From an uncultured virus (IMG/VR IMGVR_UViG_2821954623_000003) (Duplodnaviria; Heunggongvirae; Uroviricota; Caudoviricetes), in IMG/VR virus record IMGVR_UViG_2821954623_000003: 64,000 nucleotides of DNA. One strand, written 5' to 3'. A model generated the notes under the pieces. It searched no databases, was not told the origin of the DNA, and saw only the letters and a list, made by a program, of their open reading frames with translations. Made by a program: the position numbers and the translations under genes. Positions 19,463-29,046 of the stretch are shown here, piece after piece. Every line of letters begins with the position of its first letter. Positions within the stretch are counted from its first letter, which is position 1.

Positions 19463-19719
19463 ATGATGGAAGAAAGCATATTCTCACATTTAATGATTCT
19501 GGTGTCAGTTATCGGGCTTTTGGGATTCATTCAACTTATGGATCGAATAGACAAAAGGTTTATGAAGGATGAACAGTAATGGATAAACAGCAGCGTGATG
19601 AATATGAACAAAAGAAACTCTTGTGGATCATAAAGGATTTAAGAGCTAGGGGTGTACATAACAGCGCAGATAAGGTTGAGGAAACATACAAGAAGTATAT
19701 CACTCTAGCTGAACGATAA
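19463..19719 (+). CDS. Two coupled small ORFs (19463-19579, 38 aa TM; 19579-19719, 46 aa)
   Basis: TAATG translational coupling, RBS before the first. Confidence 0.5.
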
Positions 19720-20239
19720 AAGCCCTACAGGGGATGTAGGGCAAGACTAAGGGTATTAAAGAATTGTCGATTCTAAAAGTAAAGGACTTCTTGGAACGTT
19801 ATAAGTTTAACACGAAATTTAATAAAACTTTATATAAAGATGTTACGAAATTATGGATGTAAAAAACAAAGATAAAAATTATGAAAAAAGTTGATAATCC
19901 ATGGAACCTATAAGGGATTATGTTTGTAATGGCGTCTTTATAAAGTTAGTAGGACAGGATTTTGCTTGTCGTAATATTCAGGAATCTAATAGGATGCCCC
20001 ACCTAATAGGCAGGTTCCTGGGTATTACGATGCGTGAAAGCATCAAAAAAGCCCGTACAGAAGCACGGGCCGGTTGTTACACATATCGGTAACTAAATTT
20101 TAACAGTTTTTCAGAAAGTTAGCTATTGAAAAATAAAAAACGCTCGATGGCAACGAGCGCTGTAGAGAAAACATTCCCTAAAATTAGCTACCTCTATTAT
20201 ACCATAAGTTTTCTCTCAGTAAATAAGGAGGAACGAAAA

Positions 20240-20440
20240 ATGATTGAAAACAGAATGTTAATCGGAAATCACCACGATTCATCAGCAAGGGACTTCATTG
20301 AAGAGTGTGCGGGTTGCAATGGGGAAATATACTTCGGTGAAAGTTGCTTAGATTTCGATGGTACTTACCTACATGCAGAAACAGAGTGCATTACTCAATA
20401 TGTGAAGTCTCATTCTACAGAGAAAGTAGCAGGTGAATAA
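20240..20440 (+). CDS. Small Zn-finger phage protein
   Basis: CAGC...H...C; AAGGAGG RBS. Confidence 0.65.
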   Translation: MIENRMLIGNHHDSSARDFIEECAGCNGEIYFGESCLDFDGTYLHAETECITQYVKSHSTEKVAGE

Positions 20441-20618
20441 GATGGCCCTACAAAACAAAATTGAAGCTGAAATTCAAATTATGAAGAGTTTAGTTGAACG
20501 ATATAAGCAAAGTAATGAACCTAACGCTGCATCAATGGTTGTAGCCTATGAATACGGATTACAGGCACTTACGGAAGTATATGAAGTTAGTAAACAAACA
20601 GAAGTATCACCATTTTAA
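20433..20618 (+). CDS. Hypothetical phage protein
   Basis: Coupled ORF in the early operon. Confidence 0.6.
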   Translation: MNKMALQNKIEAEIQIMKSLVERYKQSNEPNAASMVVAYEYGLQALTEVYEVSKQTEVSPF

Positions 20619-20635
20619 AGGAGAGGGAGATTCAT

Positions 20636-21262
20636 ATGATAATTGAAAATTACTTTTCTAAATTAGCTCAAATAGATTGCACGGAACACGTTGAAAAGAA
20701 AGGGCGCTTTAACTACTTATCATGGGCATGGGCAGTTAAAAAACTTCGTGAGGTTGATCCAACAGCAACATGGGAAGTAAAACGATTTAATGGGGCGCCT
20801 TACCTCAAAACAGATTGTGGTTACTTTGTAGAGGTTGAAGTAACTGTACAAGGAATACCACTAAGTCAGATTCACCCAATACTTAACAATCAGAATAAGC
20901 CAATTGCAGAGCCTAACAGCTTTGACATTAACACAAGTATCCAACGGTGCTTAGTAAAAGCAATTGCACTTCACGGATTAGGATTATACATCTATGCAGG
21001 TGAAGATTTACCAGAAATCCAAGAGGAAATGATTACTGCTCAACAAGTCGGTGCAATCAAATTAAACATAAAAAAATTAGCTACTCTTCGAAAAGTGGAT
21101 GAAAACACGATTAAAGGACACTTAAGTATTAAAGAAGTTGACGAATTGACATTAAAACAAGCCGAAGAAGTACTTAAGAAATCAACAAAGTGGGTTAAAC
21201 AGGCTGAAAAAGAAACTTCTGAAATCGAAGAACAAGTAGAAAAAATAGAACAAACAAACTAA
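20636..21262 (+). CDS. Sak/Rad52-like single-strand annealing protein (DUF1071)
   Basis: YLSWAWA and DINTSIQRCLVKAIALHGLGLYIYAGED motifs. Confidence 0.9.
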   Translation: MIIENYFSKLAQIDCTEHVEKKGRFNYLSWAWAVKKLREVDPTATWEVKRFNGAPYLKTDCGYFVEVEVTVQGIPLSQIHPILNNQNKPIAEPNSFDINTSIQRCLVKAIALHGLGLYIYAGEDLPEIQEEMITAQQVGAIKLNIKKLATLRKVDENTIKGHLSIKEVDELTLKQAEEVLKKSTKWVKQAEKETSEIEEQVEKIEQTN

Positions 21263-21277
21263 GGAGATGCTAAGCCT

Positions 21278-21675
21278 ATGTTAGACAAAAATCACTCTAA
21301 AGTCGTCCTTCCGAGGTGGGTGTGGAAGGGCGCACGGAATGAAAAAGAAGCAAGAGTAAAGGCGATTGAGTACATTACTCCCGATCGCTATCCAGGATAC
21401 AAAGTAATTAAGATTCAAGGCGACATAGCGGTATGCGAAAGGGTGAATGCGTGATGTTTAAGATACCTGTAAGGCGTGGATCGATGAAAGAGATGTTAAT
21501 AGCAGTTCGCGATTTAGAAAAACGAGGTTATGACTATGTAACGCCAATCAAACGAATATATAGGGCAGAAAGAACTTTTTATCATGAAGGTAAGTTCAGG
21601 GGGAGAGAAAAGGTTCGGTTTACTGGCATGGAAGACAATGTGAGCTATGAATGTTGGATGAAGAAGGTGAACTAA
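21278..21675 (+). CDS. Two small coupled ORFs (21278-21454 and 21454-21675)
   Basis: TGATG overlap, RBS present. Confidence 0.55.
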
Positions 21676-22542
21676 ATGGCGAAATACAGACACGTACAAA
21701 CTTCATTTTGGTCAGATGCAAGAGTTTCAGAAGAGATGACGCCAGAGGATAAATACTTTTACCTCTATCTAATGACTAATGAGCATACAAACCAAATTGG
21801 AGTTTATCAGATAACTAGAAAACAAATGGCTTTTGAATTGGGTTACTCAATTGAAAGTGCAAAAGCTTTATTGGATCGCTTTATTAATCATCATGATTTG
21901 GTGGTTTATAACGAAGGAACTAGAGAACTTTGCATACTTAACTGGGGAAAATACAACCTTAACAAAGGTGGCAAGCCGATTGAGGATTGCATAAAGAAAG
22001 AGCTAAAAAGTATTAAAGATTTGTCGTTAGTACGACTGGTGCTAGAACGAACAGAAAACACCTCGTTAGTACAAAAGGTCAGTGTTTATGTGGGTCTTGA
22101 CGATACGTCCCACGATACGTCAACGATACGGGGACAAAAAGAAAAAGAAAAAGAAAAAGAAAAAGAAAAAGAAAAAGAAAAAAAGACTTCTCGTCACAAG
22201 TTTGAAACTTGCGACACCAATGCAGCGAAATATTTGTTCGAACTAATTAAGGGTAATAATCCTAAACAAAAAAGGCCAAAATTCGATTCATGGGCAAATG
22301 AATTTAGATTAATGCGAGAACGAGATAACAGAGAACCGCAAGAGATTAAAGATGTTATTGATTGGTGCCAAGCAGATCCATTTTGGCAAGGGAATATCTT
22401 ATCTCCTAAAAAGCTACGTGAAAAGTTCGATCAACTTACTATTCAAATGAAATCTAAAAAAGGAGCGAAGAACAATGCAGAGAGCGGCGGCAGCAATACC
22501 AACCGATATAGCCAAAAGGGTGAATATGACTATGGATTCTGA
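21676..22542 (+). CDS. Phage replication initiator (replisome organizer)
   Basis: N-terminal winged-helix-like region, KE-repeat linker, C-terminal DPFWQGNILSPKKLREKFDQL; upstream of a DnaC-like gene. Confidence 0.85.
   Translation: MAKYRHVQTSFWSDARVSEEMTPEDKYFYLYLMTNEHTNQIGVYQITRKQMAFELGYSIESAKALLDRFINHHDLVVYNEGTRELCILNWGKYNLNKGGKPIEDCIKKELKSIKDLSLVRLVLERTENTSLVQKVSVYVGLDDTSHDTSTIRGQKEKEKEKEKEKEKEKKTSRHKFETCDTNAAKYLFELIKGNNPKQKRPKFDSWANEFRLMRERDNREPQEIKDVIDWCQADPFWQGNILSPKKLREKFDQLTIQMKSKKGAKNNAESGGSNTNRYSQKGEYDYGF
22100..22182 (+). repeat. Probable lytic origin: 3x ACGATACG followed by a (GAAAAA)n tract
   Basis: Iteron-like repeats inside the initiator gene. Confidence 0.55.
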
Positions 22543-23284
22543 TGTGTGTGATACGCACGGCATGAATAAGAAGAAGTTCGGTGGACAAGTTGTTTGCCCT
22601 CGATGCTTCCTTGAAAACGAAAGTAAAAAGCTTCAGCAACAGGAACAAGCGAAATATGATGCGGATAAGGCGAATGAGAAGAAATCCATGTTTCACCAGC
22701 AAAGCATGATCGCCGATAGCAACATTAAGAAAGCTAACTTTGAAAACTACCAACCTACTAGCGAGGAAGGAGCGAAGAACCTTGAACTCGCAAAGGTCAT
22801 CGCAACGGATTATCTGAACGAAAAGGTGTTTAACACGATTATGGCCGGGAATTGTGGAGCAGGGAAAACGCATCTTGCTTATGCTATTGCAGATCAACTT
22901 GCAGGTGCGGGGAAGTCAGTTGTCTTCGTTACAGTCGGTGAATTGCTACGGAAGATTAAAAGTACGTTCAATAAAGATTCTACCTTAACTGAGGATTCAA
23001 TTATACGAAGCTTAGTAAGAGCAGAAGTATTGATAGTCGATGATTTGGGAGCTGAGTTAGGCGCATTGGATGCGAATACAAAAGCAACAAACTTCATTAA
23101 TAGAGTGTTGTTCGATGTTTTCGATGGCAGGCAAGGTAAATCTACTATCTTTACAACAAACCTTACAGGAGAGCGCCTAGAAGGTGCATATGATGAACGA
23201 ATTGTATCACGTATCTTCAATAACTTTAGAGCGATTGTTTTCAAAGATACAAAGGATTACAGAAGAAAAGCATTGCCATTCTAA
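22475..23284 (+). CDS. DnaC/IstB-like helicase loader ATPase
   Basis: Walker A GNCGAGKT, Walker B LIVDDLG, TTN motif. Confidence 0.9.
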   Translation: MQRAAAAIPTDIAKRVNMTMDSDVCDTHGMNKKKFGGQVVCPRCFLENESKKLQQQEQAKYDADKANEKKSMFHQQSMIADSNIKKANFENYQPTSEEGAKNLELAKVIATDYLNEKVFNTIMAGNCGAGKTHLAYAIADQLAGAGKSVVFVTVGELLRKIKSTFNKDSTLTEDSIIRSLVRAEVLIVDDLGAELGALDANTKATNFINRVLFDVFDGRQGKSTIFTTNLTGERLEGAYDERIVSRIFNNFRAIVFKDTKDYRRKALPF

Positions 23285-23297
23285 GGGGGAAATGAAA

Positions 23298-23927
23298 ATG
23301 ACAAAGGTAACAGTTGAATTAACAGAAAAGCAGGTTGAGTTCTTAAAATTATTTAGCGAAAAACAATACGAAGATGCAGAAGACAATCAATACACATGTG
23401 ATGCTTTGCATGTTGTTCAGAAAAAAAGAGACCGTTTCATCCCATATAGCGAAGAAATTTCAGGTTACTTTGATCCAGATATCTTAAAGTTTTGTGTTGA
23501 TGAAGAACATGAAGGTTGGCATGAGAATGAAACGGAAGCAGTTAAACAACGATATGAATGGATAGAGGAAGAATGTCCGATTGAAATAAAAACGTTCGAT
23601 GATCTGCAATACGAACGAGTTATTGGAACAGATGGAGAAGAAAGATTCATTATGAATTTCGATGATTACTTTAAACATTATGGAATAGAAAATTACGACA
23701 TAGCTTGGGTAGAAAAAGAATGGGAAAATGTAGCGTTCTTCTTCATTTTGGAAGAAGCTAAGCACTATCTAAAATATCAAGCTCATAATCTAGGGAAATC
23801 AAGAATCTACACTTATTCTGCTGGCTATGACAATAGAGGAGATTTTATTCCCTTCCGTGATTTGTTATTGAAAATGGGGCAAGGGCTAAATAAGGAATCT
23901 AATCAAAAAGAAGCAGCGGCTGTTTAA
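23298..23927 (+). CDS. Acidic hypothetical phage protein
   Basis: RBS AGGGGG; long ORF. Confidence 0.7.
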   Translation: MTKVTVELTEKQVEFLKLFSEKQYEDAEDNQYTCDALHVVQKKRDRFIPYSEEISGYFDPDILKFCVDEEHEGWHENETEAVKQRYEWIEEECPIEIKTFDDLQYERVIGTDGEERFIMNFDDYFKHYGIENYDIAWVEKEWENVAFFFILEEAKHYLKYQAHNLGKSRIYTYSAGYDNRGDFIPFRDLLLKMGQGLNKESNQKEAAAV

Positions 23928-23942
23928 AAATATAAAGGGGGA

Positions 23943-24212
23943 ATGACAATGTGTGCATGTAACGGAACGGGAGTAATTCAGAACGATATGGGGAATGGCT
24001 GTTATCAATTTGCACCATGTATTTGCGAAGCAGGGAATCGCAGTCCTGAAGAAGTGGATAGAAGACGTCATGCCGTTATGGCGGAACTAAGAGAGATTCA
24101 TCAATTACAACTGGAGGGGAAATGGGATGCCACGACTTGGAACGGATTTGGAAAAGGAGAATTACACAATGGCGTTGCAGCAGGGAAGGTACATGAAGAA
24201 ATCGCGTCGTAA
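23943..24212 (+). CDS. Small Cys-containing phage protein
   Basis: CACNGTG...PCIC. Confidence 0.6.
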   Translation: MTMCACNGTGVIQNDMGNGCYQFAPCICEAGNRSPEEVDRRRHAVMAELREIHQLQLEGKWDATTWNGFGKGELHNGVAAGKVHEEIAS

Positions 24213-24414
24213 CTTATATATCGCTTTAGAAGAGTTGGACTTATTGTTTGATGAAAGTGAAGTGATTCGATTACGAGAAATGTGGGATGAGGATAAAGAT
24301 ATTCTTGAAATAGCAAAAGAGTTAGGAAGGCATCAATTAGAAATCGCCGCACTAATCATGGATCAGGCAGATAAGAACAAAATTAAATCTCGTCCAATGG
24401 GGTTAGGGGCATGA
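24127..24414 (+). CDS. HTH-containing phage protein
   Basis: ILEIAKELGRHQLEIA helix-turn-helix. Confidence 0.65.
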   Translation: MPRLGTDLEKENYTMALQQGRYMKKSRRNLYIALEELDLLFDESEVIRLREMWDEDKDILEIAKELGRHQLEIAALIMDQADKNKIKSRPMGLGA

Positions 24415-24674
24415 AACAACTAACACTGGAGGATGTAGTAGGAAGTTTTGATTATAGCGCAACAAGTACAGCGGAAAGATTTTTAAAGAGTAATAGCGTT
24501 ATGACGTACTCAGTAGAATTTTACGACAAAGACGAGAAGTGGAAGCTTCGTTGGTTTGAGGCGAAGTCCGAGGGCACAGCTATAGAAATGGCTAAAAAGA
24601 AATACGGAAAGATACAAGTCATTACTACTTATATTTCGGATAGAACCTTAGAGGAAATCATGAATTTGGATTAG
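24411..24674 (+). CDS. Hypothetical phage protein
   Basis: ATGA-coupled ORF. Confidence 0.6.
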   Translation: MKQLTLEDVVGSFDYSATSTAERFLKSNSVMTYSVEFYDKDEKWKLRWFEAKSEGTAIEMAKKKYGKIQVITTYISDRTLEEIMNLD

Positions 24675-24770
24675 GAGGCATAGCGCCATGACGATAAATA
24701 GATGGAATCCACAAAGGGCAGCGACTACACCTATAAGGAGAGCTGCGAAGAAAAGAAGCTAGGAGGTAGC

Positions 24771-24905
24771 ATGGACAGGAAACAAATCTACATCGATGTA
24801 TTACTACAAAAGGGAATTTATAAAGAAGAAAGGACAGGGCGACAACTTTACGAGATGACTGAGCAAGAGTTGTGGAATCTAATAAAAGGAGTGTATTCGG
24901 AATGA
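24771..24905 (+). CDS. FbpA-like (Fur-regulated basic protein) small protein
   Basis: GIYK...GRQLYEMTEQEL signature; AGGAGG RBS. Confidence 0.7.
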   Translation: MDRKQIYIDVLLQKGIYKEERTGRQLYEMTEQELWNLIKGVYSE

Positions 24906-25150
24906 TGGAGATGGAGAACGGTGTATATGAAATCACTAAGTTAATTAGCAAAGCAAAGGGAGGGAAGTAATGAAAAAAGATACTTTGGTGCAGGTGCAAA
25001 GTGAACTCCAAGTAGTAGAGAGTGAAATTCGTAAGATGGAATATCACTTAGTGGGATTGGATAACGAGAAGCGGAAGACGAAGCTTTCCTTGGAAGTGTT
25101 GAAGAAACAGAAAGAGAAATTGAAAAGTTACTTATAAGGAGCGGGAAAGA

Positions 25151-25213
25151 ATGAAATTAAGAGTGAAGATTAAGCGAGTAAAAGATGTGAAATCCAAAGC
25201 GTTATTTGAATAG
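25151..25213 (+). pseudogene. Probable truncated dUTPase N-terminus
   Basis: MKLRVKIKRVKDV after a strong RBS, then an immediate stop; resembles dUTPase starts at this phage position (from memory). Confidence 0.4.
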
Positions 25214-25285
25214 AAAATGGCAGCTGAAAATTCAAGGCTGAATCAGCTGCCAATAGAGTAGTTATTAAATCTTATTATTAAGCTT

Positions 25286-25393
25286 TTAATTTGGATTTTT
25301 GCTCTTATTTCGAGAAGAAATTATACCGAAAATCGCACCAGACATTGCACCGATTAAAGTTGGTAAGAGTATACTCCATGCTGCAAATGACAT
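25286..25393 (-). CDS. 35-aa single-TM peptide with basic tail
   Basis: AGGAGG RBS; own terminator at 25218-25250. Confidence 0.55.
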   Translation of the reverse strand: MSFAAWSILLPTLIGAMSGAIFGIISSRNKSKNPN

Positions 25394-26091
25394 AATTATA
25401 CCTCCTAATAATAAAATGTTGTAACTGTATACTTCATTATATCTTAATTTAAGGATATAACGTAAGGAAATCAAACAAAATAGTTATAAAAAAAGACCCC
25501 TTACGGAAAGATAAGAGGCCATCAAAAATGTTGTATTTGAAACACGTGATGTTTCACAAAGATATTATAAAATAAATTTATATATTACGTAAAATAAATA
25601 TAAAAGTTTGTGAAAAGAATAAAAGTGTATAAAATCCGTATTTAAATGAAGAATCCCTAGACTTAGGGGGCTAGGGATTCTCGGTCTGGTATACTTCACA
25701 CGGTATTATAAAAAGAATAGAACGTACTGAAGATAACACATGAATGTTTCGTAAATGTATCAAAAAAGTGAACAAAAACGATATTTTAATTGTTGCAGCC
25801 CCTTGGAGGGCGCTCCAAGGGGCTAAGATTCGAGAATTTTTAAACTCTTGCTTAATTACATGAGAACTCCCTAAGGAGTATATATGGAATTTTAACACTT
25901 AACTAATAATTTATACAACTATATATTCAAATTAATATATAGAATTAACTAAAAAAATGGCCCCTACTACGTAAGAGCCCCATAAACAGAGAAAAAGTCG
26001 TATGTGACTCTATATGAGAATCACAATAATATTTTAACATTCAAATATATAGTTGTATATACGTGCTGAGTGTAATGGTAATGAAAAAATA

Positions 26092-26373
26092 TTATTTGAG
26101 GGAATTGTGATTATTCAAATGTGTTTCAGCCATTCCCGCGCCAATAATAGTAGCAATAATTAGTACGCAAGCAATTAAAATACCTAACAGTATTAACATA
26201 GCAAAAGTAATTTTTTTCGCTGTATCTCCTTTTGGAGCAAGAATAGCTAAAACAATTGAGATAGATAGTATAAAAATACAAGTTAAAAGATCAACGTGTA
26301 CATACCTAGAAAATGAACTGAAAAATAAGATTGAAGTTAAAAACATTGAAATGAAACCGAAGTATTTTCTCAT
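26092..26373 (-). CDS. Small membrane protein (moron)
   Basis: Three hydrophobic segments. Confidence 0.6.
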   Translation of the reverse strand: MRKYFGFISMFLTSILFFSSFSRYVHVDLLTCIFILSISIVLAILAPKGDTAKKITFAMLILLGILIACVLIIATIIGAGMAETHLNNHNSLK

Positions 26374-26482
26374 TATTTTAGCCTTTCTTGAAAAAATAAA
26401 TTATACAGATTATACCATAAATGAATTAGATTGAAGTGAAATTTGAACAAATACGCTATTTTAAAACAAAGGGGAATAGGAT

Positions 26483-27238
26483 ATGAAAATGTTGGATCTA
26501 TGTTCGGGAATTGCAGGAGTAAGCATGGCAGCGGATTGGGCTGGGATTGAAACAGCAGCCTTTTGCGAAATAGAAGAATTCAATCAGAAGGTGCTCAGAA
26601 AGAACTATCCTAACATTCCTATTTTCCCGGATTTATATAAACTTACGAAACAATCATTAATAGATGGAGGCGTTGACGTTGATGCAATTGGAGTTATTTC
26701 TGCAGGGTATCCCTGTCAGGGAGAAAGTCTTGTTGGCAAGCGAAGAGGTGCAGAAGACGAAAGATGGTTATGGCCAGAAGTCTTCCGACTCATTAGAGAA
26801 CTCAGACCCACTTGGTTTGTTGGAGAAAATGTTGCTGGACACGTCACAATGGGCTTGGACACTGTGCTCTCCGACTTGGAAGAAGAAGACTACTCGACAA
26901 GGACATTCGTATTACCGGCTGTCAGTGTCGGCGCGCCACATCAAAGATACCGGACATTTATTATTGGCCACTCCAATGACAAGTCAAAATTACAAGCCGA
27001 TCCGCGAGTTGTGCCCTTCAGAAGCAAACGGGAAGCACGGAAAAACACTACCAGGATCAATCGGGGAACACTTTCCAGAATATATTGGGAAGAAAATCAA
27101 CCCGCAATTTGTGGAATGGATGATGGGACTGCCACAAGATTGGACGAAGATAGATTGAGATTCTTAGGAAATGCGGTTGTGCCTCAGCAAATCTATCCAA
27201 TATTTGAAGCGATAGCAAAGATTGAAGGTTTATTATAA
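26483..27238 (+). CDS. C5-cytosine DNA methyltransferase, large (alpha) subunit
   Basis: Motifs I DLCSGIAG, IV GYPCQ, VI ENV, VIII QRYRTF, X LGNAV; motif IX missing. Confidence 0.9.
   Translation: MKMLDLCSGIAGVSMAADWAGIETAAFCEIEEFNQKVLRKNYPNIPIFPDLYKLTKQSLIDGGVDVDAIGVISAGYPCQGESLVGKRRGAEDERWLWPEVFRLIRELRPTWFVGENVAGHVTMGLDTVLSDLEEEDYSTRTFVLPAVSVGAPHQRYRTFIIGHSNDKSKLQADPRVVPFRSKREARKNTTRINRGTLSRIYWEENQPAICGMDDGTATRLDEDRLRFLGNAVVPQQIYPIFEAIAKIEGLL
26664..27158 (+). CDS. Nested alternative-frame ORF, probable methyltransferase beta subunit carrying motif IX
   Basis: Ends INPQFVEWMMGLPQDWT, a motif IX pattern; true start uncertain. Confidence 0.7.
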   Translation: MEALTLMQLELFLQGIPVREKVLLASEEVQKTKDGYGQKSSDSLENSDPLGLLEKMLLDTSQWAWTLCSPTWKKKTTRQGHSYYRLSVSARHIKDTGHLLLATPMTSQNYKPIRELCPSEANGKHGKTLPGSIGEHFPEYIGKKINPQFVEWMMGLPQDWTKID

Positions 27239-27483
27239 AAATTTCATTTTGTATTAGTTTAAAACCAAAAAGAGCACTTTATAAAGTGCCCTTTAAGGAA
27301 AAAGTGAGATACTGAAAAGTAAATTAGGGTTTTTTGCTTCGAGATAATATATGACCACTTCATCATAATGTGATGATGAATCACAAAAGAGCAGCTAGCA
27401 AAAGCTAACTGCTCATCTCCAAGGGGGAATGGAGAAACTATCATGTTGTTTATATTATTGACGAAATATTGAGTTTTATTCAT

Positions 27484-27666
27484 CTATAAAAGTCGAGATA
27501 AAATATCTTTAATTAATCCTGAGGCTCCAATAAGGAGTATCGATAGAAAAATTATTGAGAATATACTTTTTTTAGGCTTTTTAAACTCTAGGTATAAGTT
27601 AATGATTGCACCAATTGCAACAACAATAAAGATAACGAGTCTTAATATATCTGGCATGAATAACAC
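27484..27666 (-). CDS. Small two-TM protein
   Basis: Hydrophobic hairpin, AGGAG RBS. Confidence 0.55.
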   Translation of the reverse strand: MLFMPDILRLVIFIVVAIGAIINLYLEFKKPKKSIFSIIFLSILLIGASGLIKDILSRLL

Positions 27667-27784
27667 TCCTATTAATTACTTAATTGTATTATACAGGAAA
27701 AATATTTGAGGTTAATCAATAGTGATACGATTTAAGGAAGATTTAAACAAAATTAATCTTTTTAATAGAAAGCGAGGAATAACA

Positions 27785-28414
27785 ATGGGACTAGGAAACC
27801 GTGGAATGGCATTTGAAATGCTTATCAATCTAGCGAACGAAATGTATCAAAGAGGGGAGGTGGCGCTTATAAATAAGCGCCCGACTCCTGTGAAAGTGTT
27901 AAAAAGTAAAGGTGGCCGTGTACTAAATGGATTCTATGAAGCTAAAAGTACAGTAGACTATGACGGCGTGTATAAGGGACGAGCTATAGCGTTTGAAGCT
28001 AAATCTACAGAGAAGGACACACGTTTTGATTTAAAGAACATTGCGCAGCATCAATTGGATTATCTGGAGAAAGCAGAAAAGATGGGAGCAATATGCTTCT
28101 TCCTTATAGAGTTTAGTAAGGATAAGTCAGTATTCGCAGTACCACTATCAATCATTCAATCTTATGTAAGGATGTCTCATCAACCAAAGGGCAAGAAGTC
28201 TATACCAAGAGCAGACTTTGATATTTATGGATACTTAGTAGAGCAGACAGAACGAGCGCCAGTGGATTACTTACAATACATTGATGAAGCGGTAACTCCA
28301 GTTATGTTTGATAGCATGATTCAATTTGATCAGGACCATAAGAGAGTAGCGAATAACATCAAAGCAGCAAAAGAGAAGATGGCCACTAAGAAACGTAAAT
28401 TATTAAAGGCTTAA
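27785..28414 (+). CDS. recU: Holliday junction resolvase RecU-like
   Basis: NRGMAFE, KRPTP, STVDYDGVYKG, FEAKST motifs. Confidence 0.9.
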   Translation: MGLGNRGMAFEMLINLANEMYQRGEVALINKRPTPVKVLKSKGGRVLNGFYEAKSTVDYDGVYKGRAIAFEAKSTEKDTRFDLKNIAQHQLDYLEKAEKMGAICFFLIEFSKDKSVFAVPLSIIQSYVRMSHQPKGKKSIPRADFDIYGYLVEQTERAPVDYLQYIDEAVTPVMFDSMIQFDQDHKRVANNIKAAKEKMATKKRKLLKA

Positions 28415-28553
28415 TGGATAAGGGAACCATGCACAATAGCACGGTGGGGGCTATGCTAATGCGCACTGTTCTCTTATTCAATAATGAAACAATAAAATTT
28501 CACGTACCTGATGTAAATGTAAAAAACAAAATATGAAATAGGGGGATTCCTTC

Positions 28554-28937
28554 ATGGAACAATTATCTTTATTACCAACAATTGATAGAGAGACAGAAAA
28601 GAAGGTTCAGAAAGAAGTAGTGAAGATTCTAAAGGAATACCGTGCCTTAAAAGCACGCTTTGAGAATGAAGTGGAGCTACAGCAAGAGGGAATCAGTCTG
28701 TTTCCAGAGATAAGGGATACAAGACATGTGAGTAATATTAAGTTTAAGCAAATTGAGAAAGCACTAAAATACGTATTGGATTATGACGAGGCTGAGATTA
28801 TTAAAATGAAGTATTTGAATGGAGAGAAGTTAAAGGATAGTTTTATCTACACTGAGTTATCAATGAAGAAAGATCATTTCTATAATAAAAAGAAAAATGC
28901 AATTCGAATGATTGCTACTTCATTGGGGATGATTTGA
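28554..28937 (+). CDS. ArpU-family late transcriptional activator
   Basis: C-terminal sigma4-like HTH (EAEIIKMKYL...FYNKKKNAI); position before the packaging genes. Confidence 0.85.
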   Translation: MEQLSLLPTIDRETEKKVQKEVVKILKEYRALKARFENEVELQQEGISLFPEIRDTRHVSNIKFKQIEKALKYVLDYDEAEIIKMKYLNGEKLKDSFIYTELSMKKDHFYNKKKNAIRMIATSLGMI

Positions 28938-29046
28938 ATATAAGGGGTTTTGTTGGAATGCTTTCGTGTTAGTATTAAAATGTAATATATAATAAAATTG
29001 ATGTATAGTGTTAACAATTTAATACTAAAAATATGGAGGATTACTA

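Noticed and set aside
22141..22182. (GAAAAA)n as a contingency locus
   Set aside because: The unit is in frame (EK repeats) and typical of phage initiator linkers and origin AT tracts
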